NCBI GenBank assembly: GCA_964035545.1
Contig: OZ037771.1
Location: forward strand, 8,735,408-8,799,407
Length of the DNA: 64,000 nucleotides
Reading direction: 5' to 3'
Source of the DNA: Bugula neritina
Taxonomy: Eukaryota; Animalia; Bryozoa
The notes under the pieces are model-generated. The model ran no database searches. It worked only from the letters and a program-made list of their open reading frames with translations, and was not told the DNA's origin. Of the stretch, positions 41,101 through 54,235 are shown piece by piece. The translations under genes were made by a program, and so were the position numbers. Each line of letters opens with the position of its first letter. The first letter of the stretch is position 1.

Positions 41101-44100
41101 CATTTACCATATGAATTATCAATTAGTCACGTTCAAGTTAAATGAGTCATAATTAAAATGACTATTATTGAAGTTTGTGCTAAGGTTATTACCAACAAAC
41201 TATAGAGATGTTCATACGCAGTGAATAATTTAACCAAACCCTATTAACCGCTTGAAGTACTGAGTTTAGAGATGAATTCTGGACTAGTAAACCTACCACC
41301 TCCAGGAGCCTGGTTAGCAAGCATTGGTGACACGTGTCACCTTGTTTCTTTACCTGAAATATATTCAACAATACAGTAACATGTACACATATGTAATAAT
41401 ATGGTAACATGTACATATATGTTAATAATACAGTAACATGTACACATACTCCATAGTGCAGTAACATAAACTAGTAGTAAATGATATGTTGAAAAACATA
41501 CTAGTGGTACTGTATTGAGTCATATACATGCAGTAATAGAAGCAGTATTAAAGACCAAACTTATAATGAATTAAATAAGAAAGAATAATATGATTTTATA
41601 ACTAATGGATATATTTAAACAACACTCAGTGTAATGGTGGAGTAAATAAATAGTTGAGTATTATTTAAAAATACTTTCATAATTCATTCCCATTTTAGGG
41701 CAAATATTATTCTAGAGTCAAAAATATGACATTGTAGAACGCAAAAGGTAGTTTAAACATGGACAAGAAATAAAGCAGCAAAAGACTGTACATACTGCAT
41801 GCTATACAGACAACAGTGAGCTACACACCATATGGCACATTGTATACTGTATATATTACAACAAACCACATTGTATACTGTATATAATACAACACACCAC
41901 ATGGCACATTGTATACTGTATATATTACAACAAGCCACATTGTATTATGTATTTAATACATACACTACAGTTCCAGGATATAAGCATTGCAATATACATA
42001 CATCAGTTTCATGACACTTGGAGCACTTGAAGCTGGAAGCTTTAGCCGTACACGAAGCACACACTTGCCCTGTGAGGAATAGAGTGAAGATACGAGATAT
42101 ATTATAATGCTGCTTGTCTGATAGAACCAGTACCTGTGAACTCAAAAGCAACAGAAACTGTGGCAGTAAAACAGCCAATGTTATTCAGTTGAACAAAAAT
42201 ATAACATGCAGTGCCGGTTCTATGACTGGGAATATAAACTCTTTAATTTAATACCCTTTATTAATTTACAAGTTATACCCACTTGCTATTATCAGAAGTG
42301 AACTGAATTATCTAACAAAGTGGCTATTACAGACATAGCAATTGCTAGATGCAAAAAAGCATCAAGAATTAGAATGGTTCTTTTGTACTCCAGAGCACAA
42401 AATACGCACATGTAACCAAATATTATTAGCATGAGTCATGCAAATAATATACAAGTTGTCACACGTATACAAACCTTTACACACTATACTACACACACGC
42501 TTTGGCACTATCGTACACACAACATTACACGGGTAGTACACACATTGTTATACATGATATCACACACAATGCTACACACAATGCTACACACAATGCTACA
42601 CACAATGTTACACACATTGCTACACACAATGTTACACACATTGCTACACACAATATTACACACATTGCTACACACAATGTTACACACATTGCTACACACA
42701 ATATTACACACATTGCTACACACAATGTTACACACATTGCTACACACATCGCTACACACCATGTTACAGAGCAGTACTCAAAAGTTTCTTGTTAATAAAA
42801 CGAACCAGCAGTTGAAACTTTAATCTTGGTACATTTAGAACAGAAAGCTCCCAGTGGCTGCATCTGATAGCCAGCACCTGTCCCAAACTGTCCATATCTC
42901 TTTAAACAAAGAACAGGATGTGTGAACAACAGGTGTTGTTGAAATTAGCGGCTTGGTGATATGCAGAATTACACTTGCATGCCTCTGCATAGCAGAAAAC
43001 ATTTTGTGTCAGAGTTTTATCCAATGTGGCCCAGTCTTAACTTGTATGAATGTAGTGTTAGAAGAGAACATAGTTTGATATTGCCAATACTGCTACTTGA
43101 AAAGACAGCAATATATGTTATTGAAATTATTGAAAGACAAATCATATTTAACAGTACGAGTTATTATAGGTATAATACTATGACAATGATTCTCACTATT
43201 TCCAATTCGTCACATGGAATACACTACCGAAAAGTATTGGAGGTAATGCATTCACTGTGTTTTGTCATAATTTATATAACAACAGAAAGGTTTTATTAAA
43301 AGTTCTCAGCCAATAAACAAATCAGAGGTAATAATAGTTGAAGTTTGTGCCCTAAACAAATTTCATGCTTTAATAATCAGAATAATATTTTTTAAAGAGT
43401 TTAGTTTACATATATATCTGTTAGCATGTGACTTTCCTACCATAATTCAATCAAACACACCATATGAGGCACTTGACGAGAGCTAAAGTATGAAGAATAG
43501 CCACCAGCTAGTATAGTAGATAGTATACTGTATAGTGGTTAGTGTACAGTATAGTAGTTAGTGTACTGTATAGTAGATAGTGTACAGTATAGTAGATAGT
43601 ATACTGTATAGTAAATAGTATACTGTATAGTGGCTAGTGTACTGTATAGTAGCTAGTGTACTGTATAGTAGATAGTATACTGTATAGTGGCTAGTGTACT
43701 GTATAGTAGTTAGTGTACTGTATAGTAGTTAGTGTACAGTATAGTAGTTAGTGTACAGTATAGTAGATAGTGTACAGTGTAGTAGTTAGTGTACTGTATA
43801 GTAGTTAGTGTACTGTATAGTAGATAGTATACTACTATACTGTATAGCGGCTAGTGTACTGTATAGTAGCTAGTGTAATGTATAGTAGATAGTGTACTGT
43901 ATAGTAGTTAGTGTACTGTATAGTGGTTAGTGTACAGTATAGTAGTTAGTGTACAGTATAGTAGTTAGTGTACTGTATAGTAGTTAGTGTACTGTAGAGT
44001 AGATAGTATACTGTATAGTGGCTAGTGTACTGTATAGTAGTTAGTGTACTGTATAATAGTTAGTATACTGTATAGTGGCTAGTGTACTGTATAGTAGTTA

Positions 44101-45410
44101 GTGTACTGTATAATAGTTAGTGTACAGTATAGTAGTTAGTGTACAGTATAGTAGTTAGTGTACTGTATAGTAGTTAGTGTACAGTATAGTAGTTAGTGTA
44201 CAGTATAGTGGTTAGTGTACAGTATAGTAGATAGTGTACAGTATAGTAGTGAGTGTACTGTACAGTAGAAATACTCACAGTATTTTGAGTTGGAGCCACC
44301 TGGTGTCTACCTTCAGGAGAACGTGGATCTACCCATGTTGTTTTCCTAGTGTTGTGATCGATGAAAAAACTGGAATTATAAAAATGATATTTTGGATGAA
44401 AAAGAAAAAATCATCGAATAAAAGCAGAAATAGAAATTAATCAAGAGTAATTTTGGTTGAAAGGGTCTTTCATAGAATGTTTACCACTTCTTGGTGTAAG
44501 AATAACAGAACTTTTCAACTTTGCTTTTGACAAAATTAAGATAGCTTTAGAACACTGGGAACTACTCAAAAACAGCAAGCCTGAAATTGATGGTATTGTT
44601 GTAGTGTAGCTGACCACTACAACTGTGGGTTATTATGCTCTTAGACTGCTAGAGCATAGCCTTGTGAGAGAACTGAGTAGTTGTTAAGGTTGAACTAACA
44701 AATATATTTACAACACTAGTTATAAAAGAAGATTACATTAAATAAAAGAAAGCATACAAGACAGAGATCAGTACAATAATGAGCTTTACACTGCATCTAC
44801 ATATAGAATGAGGCTGGGCGCTGGAAGGCCCTTCTTATAAGGGAAAGATGTCATCTGATTGGCTAGTAATTTCTGGCCATTTTGCAATTTTAGCCTGAGC
44901 TTAACAATGATAATGCTATAATACTTGTATGACTATATTCTATAACACAGTTACGCAAGTGTCTGTATACCTAATGGACGAAAAGTAACACACACGTCCT
45001 ACAGATATGTGACCACAGATAACTTTTTAAATACACCTTATTGGAATTTATTTAAATGTTATAATGTTTATGTCCATAAATATCTAGGGTACAAATGGCC
45101 CCATTTTGATTTAGTTCACTTAGCTGGAGACAGCTTTGGTTACAGGGTCTACTGCTTAACCATGATATAACAAAGTAGAAACCTATACGAGTCACACTTT
45201 TTATTTAGTCTTTGAAACAGAAAAAATAAAAAGTGCAAAAGCAATGATAATGAATGATAAAAAATAAATCTTAAAGTTAAGCTACCACTAACTTTATTAA
45301 CCACTATTCATTATAATTCTAGTAATAATTGCTCACTACTTATTTTGAGCCTGGTCCCATTTAGCTTCCCACCCTGCTGGCATTGGCTGTGTATACCAGT
45401 TGCTAGCCAT
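26195..45410 (-). CDS. Uncharacterised WW-domain / CxxC zinc-finger / three CUE(UBA)-like / GP-repeat protein
   Basis: Exons 45410-45337, 44369-44279, (junction uncertain, possibly small exon(s) between) ~42069-42002, 41353-41297, 40823-40684, 39056-38901, 38504-38386, 38005-37885, 37716-37472, 37132-36991, 36490-36428, 26336-26195; all junctions except the uncertain one are phase-consistent. WW: [33 protein letters not shown]. CUE-like: LKETFPDAFEGHIRAALESNNN, LQPLYHDCAEDILKSTIMSCN, IRKDFPNTPNDLITMALESTNYD. Confidence 0.85.
26382..36414. repeat. 15-bp satellite array, ~670 copies (AGTAGTATATCA[CAC/CAG/CAT/TAC/CAA])
   Basis: Direct inspection; fills the final intron (26337-36427) of the WW-CUE gene. 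Confidence 0.99.
37530..37712 (-). repeat. Coding 30-bp minisatellite (ASRPATAAST, about 6 copies)
   Basis: Lies within exon 37716-37472, in frame. Confidence 0.85.
39597..40638. repeat. 37-bp minisatellite, ~28 copies (ggttagtactaagtaccactgtggctagtatcaccat)
   Basis: Direct inspection; intronic. Confidence 0.97.
42561..42768. repeat. 12-bp minisatellite (cacacaatgtta/cacacattgcta)
   Basis: Direct inspection. Confidence 0.92.
43509..44268. repeat. ~19-bp minisatellite (tagtagttagtgtactgta)
   Basis: Direct inspection; ends ~10 bp from the donor at 44278. Confidence 0.95.
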
Positions 45411-47218
45411 CTTGAATTTTAAAGATAAAGACTCTTTCCTACAAAATCACAAAAAATAAGAACTACATGTATTACACTTAAAATTGAGCTTTTCACAGAC
45501 TTTATATGTATTATTAGTTTTCAGTTACATTTAAGTCTTGCATAAAATAGTCACGATCAAAGAACTTATACTGATATTCATCATGAGCTTAGTGTTAAAA
45601 GTACAATGGCAAATACTAAATTCTATTTAGACTGTCTAATAGTAATAATAAGTAACTTTCAAAGTTAGTGTGCCTTACACTTAAAGTTAATATAATATTG
45701 CTACAGATAGTAAAAATTACTAGTACTGCCACTACAAAATTAATACAAAAATTCAAATCACCATCACCATGTACCTGTAGTCAAAGTTATAAAACTACAA
45801 GTATATTATTACATAATATTTATTATAGTGACCAAGATTGAGAATTAAATGATAATATTTAATATTATAAATACTAGAACTAGAAGACTCTCAAATAATA
45901 TCAATTTTAAGTTACTAAATTCAAAAGTAGGCTATCACTATCAGTATCAGTATGAAACTTCACTAGAATTATGTTTATTACTAATAAATTATTTATTATT
46001 ACTAATAGTAATAGTAATAGCAAATCTTTGCTATGCCTATACCTATAGTGATAATAAAACTAAAAGTTATAGTATAATAATACTATTGGGAATTATAATA
46101 ATTTGTTATTTTCAGATTTTAGCCTAAAAGTTGAAGTAAAACTAAAACTTATTTTTTTGTTTTACATTGAAGTCTTAATCGAGCGTCAATTTTCGTGATC
46201 TGCAGCCAGTGTTGCTTTACTTTTAGTTTTAGCAATAACGGGTCCTAGTGCTTTTATCAACTACTTTGAGTTTGTATTATTATATATAAAGTTCCAATTG
46301 TTACTGTTAGGGCAGTGCTAGTATTACTATTACTATTAGTATTAGTATTACTGTTAGTACAAGGTCTACAATACTATAACAGTTATCATAACGATTAGAA
46401 TATCAATATGAATATCATTATTTATTATATTAAAATTTATAATAATTTAAATTAATATAATTTAATTAATATACTGCTAGTTTTGAATAATTCTATAACA
46501 TAAGCAGCTCTGAGTTGGGGGTGGGTGAGTGTAGTAGTTTGATATTCTTGAGCATGAAGCTAGAGGTTTTATGTTAAAACTTGGAGCCCCCCAACTCTAA
46601 ACTTGAGAAATCTAAATTGTTACACTCCATTACTCTCAACTTGGAGATGTTTATAGAATAATTTGTTTGTTTTGGTTTTTACGCGAATACCTTGACCTCG
46701 TTTTATTTCCTGCCCTTGTTACCTAAAGTATATCCATGTAAATTAACGGGTAAATACTTCTACGAACCATGTTACGCTGACGTAAGTCTTTACTTATTTT
46801 AACTTATTAACAATAATTTGCAATGTTTTTCAGTGGATCTAATCGCAGCTTCCCAATCCTTCTGATTTCATTGGGGCAGATCAAGAAATGATTTAGCGAC
46901 TGAAATAAAAGTATTTATAAACTTAACGACTACGCTTGCGTGAGTCTGCACGTGTGCCGAGACATGTCTCCACAGTGGCAAACTCACTAACAAACTAATG
47001 TGATACTGGATGGGATGAATAACCGCGCTGTACCATAGTATCTACCCATTTAATACTTTTCATTTGCTAATATAATGTACATTAAACATTGTTAAACAAT
47101 AACCACTATAATTTATGTTATAACTTCAGATTGGCTACCTAAACCTGTCCTTAGGCTTGAGGCGGGCTTAACATGATCATGATGATGAGTGTTTTACTTT
47201 TACTTTTACTTTTTACTT

Positions 47219-47365
47219 TTAAATTTAATATCATCATATTGAATTTCAATTTGATAAACTGAAAACTTATACTTAAAGTCATAAACTATTACTAATAGTT
47301 TATGACTTTAAGTATAAGTTTTCAGTTTATCAAATTGAAATTCAATATGATAATATTAAATTTAA
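47219..47365. repeat. Near-perfect AT-rich palindrome (72-bp arms, 3-nt loop)
   Basis: 47219-47290 is the reverse complement of 47294-47365 with one mismatch. Confidence 0.92.
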
Positions 47366-49255
47366 TCATAATGATTAATATTTTTCTTAGACCTGGAGTA
47401 GTACTTAACACTAACAGTTACTAACAATTATTATTATACTTAGAGTTAGTCTATCAGTATGACTATGAGTGTAAGTTACTAACTCTAAGTATATGTATTG
47501 CTATTGGTTTTAGTTATACTAATACTAATAGTAATACTCATAGTCATAGTCATACTGATACTCATACAATCATAGTCGTACTGATAGTGATATTCATACT
47601 GATATTAAGATGTAGACCTGTACAACTACAAGACCTACTATAACTAATAGTAATACTATAAGTATAACTATAAATATAAGTATAACTGCATTAGTACAAC
47701 TAGTACTACAAGTAATAAGTTCAAGTATACTCATACTCATACTGTAAGAGTGTAAGTGTATAGCCTATGGCTATAGGTAATAGGACACTGACAAGTTAAA
47801 GTTAAAAATTAACTCAAGTCTTGAAGTTTTAGTAATACTAATAGTAAATGTAATACCAGTACTTATGGTGTAATAATAATAATAGGATTACATTGCTATT
47901 AGAAAAATTCTTATGCTTCTAGTTATAATTATCCTATAACTTATAGTTGTAGTCTATAAAAATTTACTGTTCAACTGAATCGTCAGTTTATTATAATCAT
48001 AATATTAATATGATAGAATTAAATGATAATCATGTTATTCATATTGACGTTCTAATTCAATATGAAATTGAATATCATTAGTTATATTTAGTGTCATATT
48101 GCTATTAAAGTTTATGTTGCTTGTTAAAATTCAAATGTTATCGTAGTCATAATGATGGTCATTATGATTATTATATTTGTAGAGTTTCACTCCACATTCT
48201 TGTGACTTATGTCCAGTTGCTGACTACTTCCAGCTTTTTTGGTATCATGAGTAGAGTCTGAAGCTATTACCCAATTTATGTATTTACTTAAAAACACTAA
48301 TAATACACAGGTCGTACAGGTCGAAGTTTTTTTATTTGATCTATAGGATTCGAAAAAAATTGTCGACCTTTAAAAACCTTTGCCATCCTGGTACTCTTGC
48401 AACTGTAAAATTTAAAGTAAATACCATCAACAATATAGTATGTGAATAAATGACAGTAATCTGAAAAATAATACAAGAAACATCATTGCATTTAAATTGA
48501 AGTTACAAGATAAATTATATAAAAAAAATGCAGAAACCTAATTTTAAATGTAAAATAGCTACCTTGTGAATCATTATACCTAGCAGTATTGTCTTGCTGT
48601 ATAGTAACTAGTAGCTGAATCATTCTATTTTGTTTTACAATTGGATCAATATTATTAACATCAATTGTCAGTGGACTGGCAATAAACCCTAGCTCAGATG
48701 TAAGCCCACCCGTGTAAGCCTAGCCTAGTGTAAAAAAACTGGGCAAAATTTATTATTAAATTAAGATATTAATGTTTAAGTTTAATAATTTAATTTAATT
48801 TTTTGCCTAATGACTAAATTAACAAAAAAGTATAGCAAGGCAAGTCTACTAATTGACAATACCTATGACGCTAATAGTATACTTACAGATTCATGTCTTA
48901 GACATAATATTATATTTATAATCACGAATTAAAAGTAGGGTATTGACTTAATCATGGCTTAAATTAGCAATTAGAAATATTGTTCTATAGCAACATGTAA
49001 AAGAAGAAAAATTATATTCTGTGGAGACACAGTGAAAGCACTTCACTAAGTAGTTGGGTAATAAACCACCTAGCTGAATTACTATAGTTGTGTTTTACTA
49101 AACTACTATAGTTTTGTAAAGTTCAAAAAAATGAAACAGTTGTGATCTAAGTAAATTTTCAATTATTGATTAATAACTTGTTTACAGGCTGAAGCTAACT
49201 CCCAAGATTAAAGCACTTGCATTCTCATTGACAGTTTCACATCACCGATATAGGC

Positions 49256-52200
49256 ATGGGAGCAGGTAAGCTGTTAGCACCAGTTGCTTATATATCCGTG
49301 CATTTGAAACTTGCTTATAAATGAGGCTTAGAACTGTTCCAATATCTGATTAATCAGGCAAGCCTTAAATTGCATTACTGCTTCCACAGCATTGATTAAT
49401 ATACCTTTTTGTTTTTGGCAATTTTGAGATTTGTATTTCATCATTATAAGTATTGCACTGGCAGTGTCAACTTGGAGTTGTATAATTGGAATCTGCATTT
49501 ATTATATCATCACTTGCAGATAAAAAGTCCAAAAAAGATAAAGGAGTAAAAGATGTTGGTGTAAGTATGTTTAATTTATAGTTTTTTAAGCAGCTTTAGT
49601 TACAACCTGCATTTAGATCACTCTTTTGATGACTTTGAGACAGATTGTATAAGTTAGAATGCTTTTTATCATAAAGAATGCAGCCATTTTTCTAGAGGCT
49701 AATCTTCACTTCAAAATCAGTCATGTAGAGGGAGAAAGTGTGTATAGCCAGGTATTATTTGATGCAATTGGTTTTAGGAACTTCAAAGAACTGAGCAGTT
49801 CATGATAGGCCCATCAAAGCAGGCGGAGAGCTTGAACACAGCTGAATGGCCCTTGTTGCTGAAGAACTTTGATAAGTTGAATGTGAGGACTGGCCACTAT
49901 GTACCATGTGCTAGCGGCTGGTCTCCTCTCATGAGGCCGCTAGATGAGTATATTAAAATAGGCTGCATCAACTTGGACAAACCATCTAACCCCTCGTCAC
50001 ATGAAGTTGTGTCTTGGGTCAAAAGAATCCTCAGAGTTGACAAGACTGGTAAGTTGATGTACTCTTTATACAAAGTTTCCTTCATGTTCTTAATCTTATG
50101 TTTGAATAAAGCTTCTGCTTATGTGATCACATGCAATAGTATAAGCTCATCTGTTGTAAATTTCAATACTGTTGGAAAAATACTTATAGGTCCTATTTAA
50201 TTTTTAATGACTATATTGTATTTCTTCAATATTCTTCGCAGTATTTAATGTTTGTCCAAATGGTCGGCTATTTGGACAAACCTTGGACACTGGGAACAAT
50301 ATTAACAACTCACCACTAGACTTTTGAAATATTGATGTTAAAATTGGAGATACCATGCATGGTTACCTCTAACAAATGTATGCCAATAATTACCATTTGT
50401 ATCTTGAGTTCAAATCTGTGTGAGCATCAAGGTGGAGGCATAGAGTAGTATTTGGTGAAATCCCTGAAGTTAATGCTGATATATTGTACTGTCTAGGTCA
50501 CAGTGGCACATTGGATCCCAAAGTAACGGGCTGTCTTATAGTCTGTATATCAAGAGCTACTAGACTAGTCAAGTCTCAGCAAAATGCAGGCAAAGAATAT
50601 GTTTGTATATTTAAGCTGCACAATGCTGTGGAGAGTGAAAAGCTCGTGGCACAGAAGCTGGAAATGTTGACTGGTTGGTTATACAATGACAATACTCTTC
50701 CAAAATAACAATATTGCATATATGTAGATCCAAAAACACCTCATCAAAGTTGAACATGCTATTGGTTATCATTTAGTATTTCTCCGGCTGTTTACTCTTC
50801 AATTAGCGTAGGGCCACCCGATGTGGGTATATTGTTGCAGCTGTTGTGTATATTGTTGCTGCTGTATTTTGTATTTTGGCTCTCATATTGTAGGTGCTCT
50901 ATTTCAAAGGCCGCCACTGATTTCAGCTGTGAAGCGTCAGTTGAGAGTCAGAACGATCTATGGGTCTAAGCTGCTAGAGTATGACCAAGACAAAAACATG
51001 GGTGAGAAATACTTGTTGAGAAGACCTAAAACTCTCACAACCTTAGAGTACTTGATTGACCTCACTGTGGGTTCCGCTAAAGTAAAACCTGTAATATAAT
51101 TGAGCCAAGTTTTAATAAACAGTGCCTGCAAGTAAACCTAAATAATATTCTTATGAACAAATTTCTTCTGATATTAATTAGATTATCTACTGATTTATAA
51201 AACTTAGTTGTTTAGCCTACCTCAAAATTGCAGTATGTTGTGAACTAGTTGTTTGTATTGGTCTTGCACAAAAATATGTTGGTAAAGAAAGTAGAAAAAT
51301 GTAATCACGTTGAAAGCCAATGTCTAGCAATTCCCACTGGTTGCAGGTGTGTACTGGGTGAGCTGTGAAGCTGGTACCTACATACGTACAATGTGTGTCC
51401 ATCTCGGCCTACTCCTCGGTACTGGCGGTGTGATGGAGGAGTTGAGAAGAGTCCGGTCTGGTAACGTCTCGGAGAAGGTACGGCCTAGCTCGCTGCTATT
51501 TTGTTAGACAAAGTATTTTACTTGAGAATTGTTGTGTGCTAGCGCCTAGCAACCTGATACTCTGTACCCTGTACTCCTATGATGATTAAAGTGTGACTAA
51601 GTTTAGTTGGCGGACTTGATGTTGTGTGTTTCTGGATACAATAATAACTGTCGAAGTGTCATGTTAGTATCATCACCCTTACCATGCTGTGTGACAGGAG
51701 AACTTGTGGACTATGCATGACGTGAAGGATGCCCAGTGGGTTTATGATAACCACAAAGATGAGTCCTACTTGAGAAGAGTGGTACAGCCTGTAGAATATC
51801 TTCTTGTCTCTCACAAAAGAGTGGTCATCAAAGATAGCGCAGTGAGTCTCAACTTAGACATTTACTGTAGTCATGTTATCACTGGCTCAATGCTGCAATC
51901 TCAACCCTGATCACGTGGATACGTAAATTAGCTGGAAACTAGTTGTGATTAAAGTTTTTAGTTTTTTTCAAATAGGATGTCTTTTCATAATAGGTATTTG
52001 CAATAAAAAGCGCAGAATAAATAATGGTGGTAGTAAATAAGATGCAACTAAGTTATTACAGAACGATGTGCTAAGTCAAGTTGGTGGTTGTTCAAGTCGT
52101 AGCACAAACAAAACAGTCAATTCAGTTTGAATTGACTGGCAGCTATTTGATGGAGTTAGTATTTGTCCTTTTAATAAAATTTCATATAATTATTGAAATT

Positions 52201-54235
52201 GGTGGTCAGACAGATTAGGTTATTGATCTTAACCCAAATAATCTTGAAATCAGCTTCATCAAGTTACAATGGTCATAAAGTCATTATAACAGGGTTGAAA
52301 TTATTGTTAATAGCTAGAACAATTTCTCAGTTTAGCAACTTGTCATTTTTTACTTGACTATATTTAAAAAATATGGAGTAACTCGAATAAAATTTTATGC
52401 ACCAAGTCAGAAAGTGCTTGAGTCAATGTAACCATTCATATCTGGCATATGATGCACATTCAAGTGCAGTAGATTAGCTCATTTGAATGATGGAAACTAG
52501 AAGTAAAAAAAGTTAGTGACAAGTTCCCACCTGGCTGAGTTCAAGCTTTTGATCTTGGTAGACTAAAAGCCTTTAAGGGTTTAGATGAATTTGTTTTGAG
52601 GTGTTCATTACAAACTCGTTTCCAAATAGCGTATACCTCCCAAATCCAGTAAGTTGATGGTCATAATGATGTTATATTCTAGGTAAATGCTATATGTTAT
52701 GGAGCTAAGGTGATGTTACCAGGAGTGCTGAGGTATGAAGATGGTATTGATATCAATGAGCAAATAGTTCTTATAACAACAAAAGGAGAGGCTATTGCTA
52801 TAGGTATGCCATTATTACTAAGTCCAGTGCATTGAACTAGTGGGTCTGAACTCTGAATACATACTGCATTGCTTTGCATTCACAGATGAATTTCTCATTT
52901 TCAATGTTACCCCATGTCACTGGTACCGGGCACAAAATATGATTTAGATTTAATGTTTCTTGGGAATAAACTGACTCACTGAAAGCAGCAGTACTAGTAC
53001 TGGTAGAGCAGTAATATAGCAATGCCATGATATATTCCCAGAAGAAAGGTTAGTTATTAGCATTGATAATTTTGCAGTGTGTTTTTATGACATATATTAA
53101 GCACTCCTCTCCCACAAGTGATGGGATGAAAGTGCAAGTTTGTTTTCTCCTCACACTTGTTGGAAATTCCTCACAAGTTAAAGAGTGTGTTTGTATAATT
53201 TACTCCTTCAGCCATAGCACTGATGACCTCTGCCGTCATGGCCTCTTGCGACCACGGAATTGTGGCTAAGTTGAAGAGGGTGGTGATGGAGAGAGACACG
53301 TACCCAAGGCAGTGGGGTAAAGGACCTAAGGCATCTCTGAAGAAGAAAATGATATCACAAGGTCTGCTCGATAAGTATGGCAAAGTGAATGAGAAGACAC
53401 CAAAGGACTGGGTGAAGTCATACATTGATTTCAAGTGAGATTTTCTTCATTGATTACAAACTGAAATTAATTTTTTAACCATTGTGTTGAAAACTTGTAT
53501 TGATTTTAAACAAGAATTTTATTAGACTTGTGGATTAAGATTAGAATAGAATCCTTTGTAGTACGTCCTTAATGTTAAACATAGATTGTGATGAATGCAC
53601 TTGTTTCTCAGAAACCCAGGGTCAAATCACGTCATTCATAAGAGTAATGGGGGTACTGGAGACGCCCCCGTATCTTTATCAACTGATGTTAAACCAGTTA
53701 AGCGAGCCAAGCCTGAGAGTAGCAGCAGTAGCGAAGAAAGTAGTGAAGAGGAAAAACCCAAACCTCCATCTCCTCCTCCTAAAATAAAGAAGGAAAAGAA
53801 AGAGCGTAAAGAGAAAAAGGTGATGAGCATTTCTACTTGATGCACCCTTTCATGTACACTATCTAATTATCATATATATTCTAAAATATGAGCTCACGGT
53901 GTCTATGTTTATAACTTTACCATTATATGGATAATATCAGGGAATACAAATTTACGGTTATTTGAGCGCTTGAATACCGCTTTCTATCATACTACAGATG
54001 TAATCAGATATATGTAGTCTTGTGAAAAATTGAAATTGAATTATTAAAACAAAATTGGAGTTGTTTGTTATGCTAACTTAGCTCACTTGGTGTGCAGCTA
54101 TAATTTCTTTTTAAGCAGCACATTGACTTGTATTTTGATTTCATGATTATAATAATATAATTATCTCTTGTACTGAAGGCAAAAAAGGAGAAAAAGAAAG
54201 CTAAAAAGGAAAGCAGTGAGAATGAATCAGATTAA
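49256..54235 (+). CDS. DKC1: Dyskerin, H/ACA ribonucleoprotein pseudouridine synthase (Cbf5/Nop60B)
   Basis: 11 phase-consistent exons: 49256-49265, 49520-49560, 49778-50048, 50497-50673, 50894-51001, 51347-51477, 51698-51841, 52683-52803, 53212-53434, 53612-53819, 54179-54235. Motifs [45 protein letters not shown] domain, [11 protein letters not shown] and a Lys-rich tail. AATAAA at ~54508. Confidence 0.98.

Noticed and set aside
49627-49645. C/D snoRNA candidate (TGATGA followed by CTTTGAGACA, complementary to the 18S 5' region)
   Set aside because: Only a 10-nt match, not positioned before a D/D' box, and no terminal CTGA found
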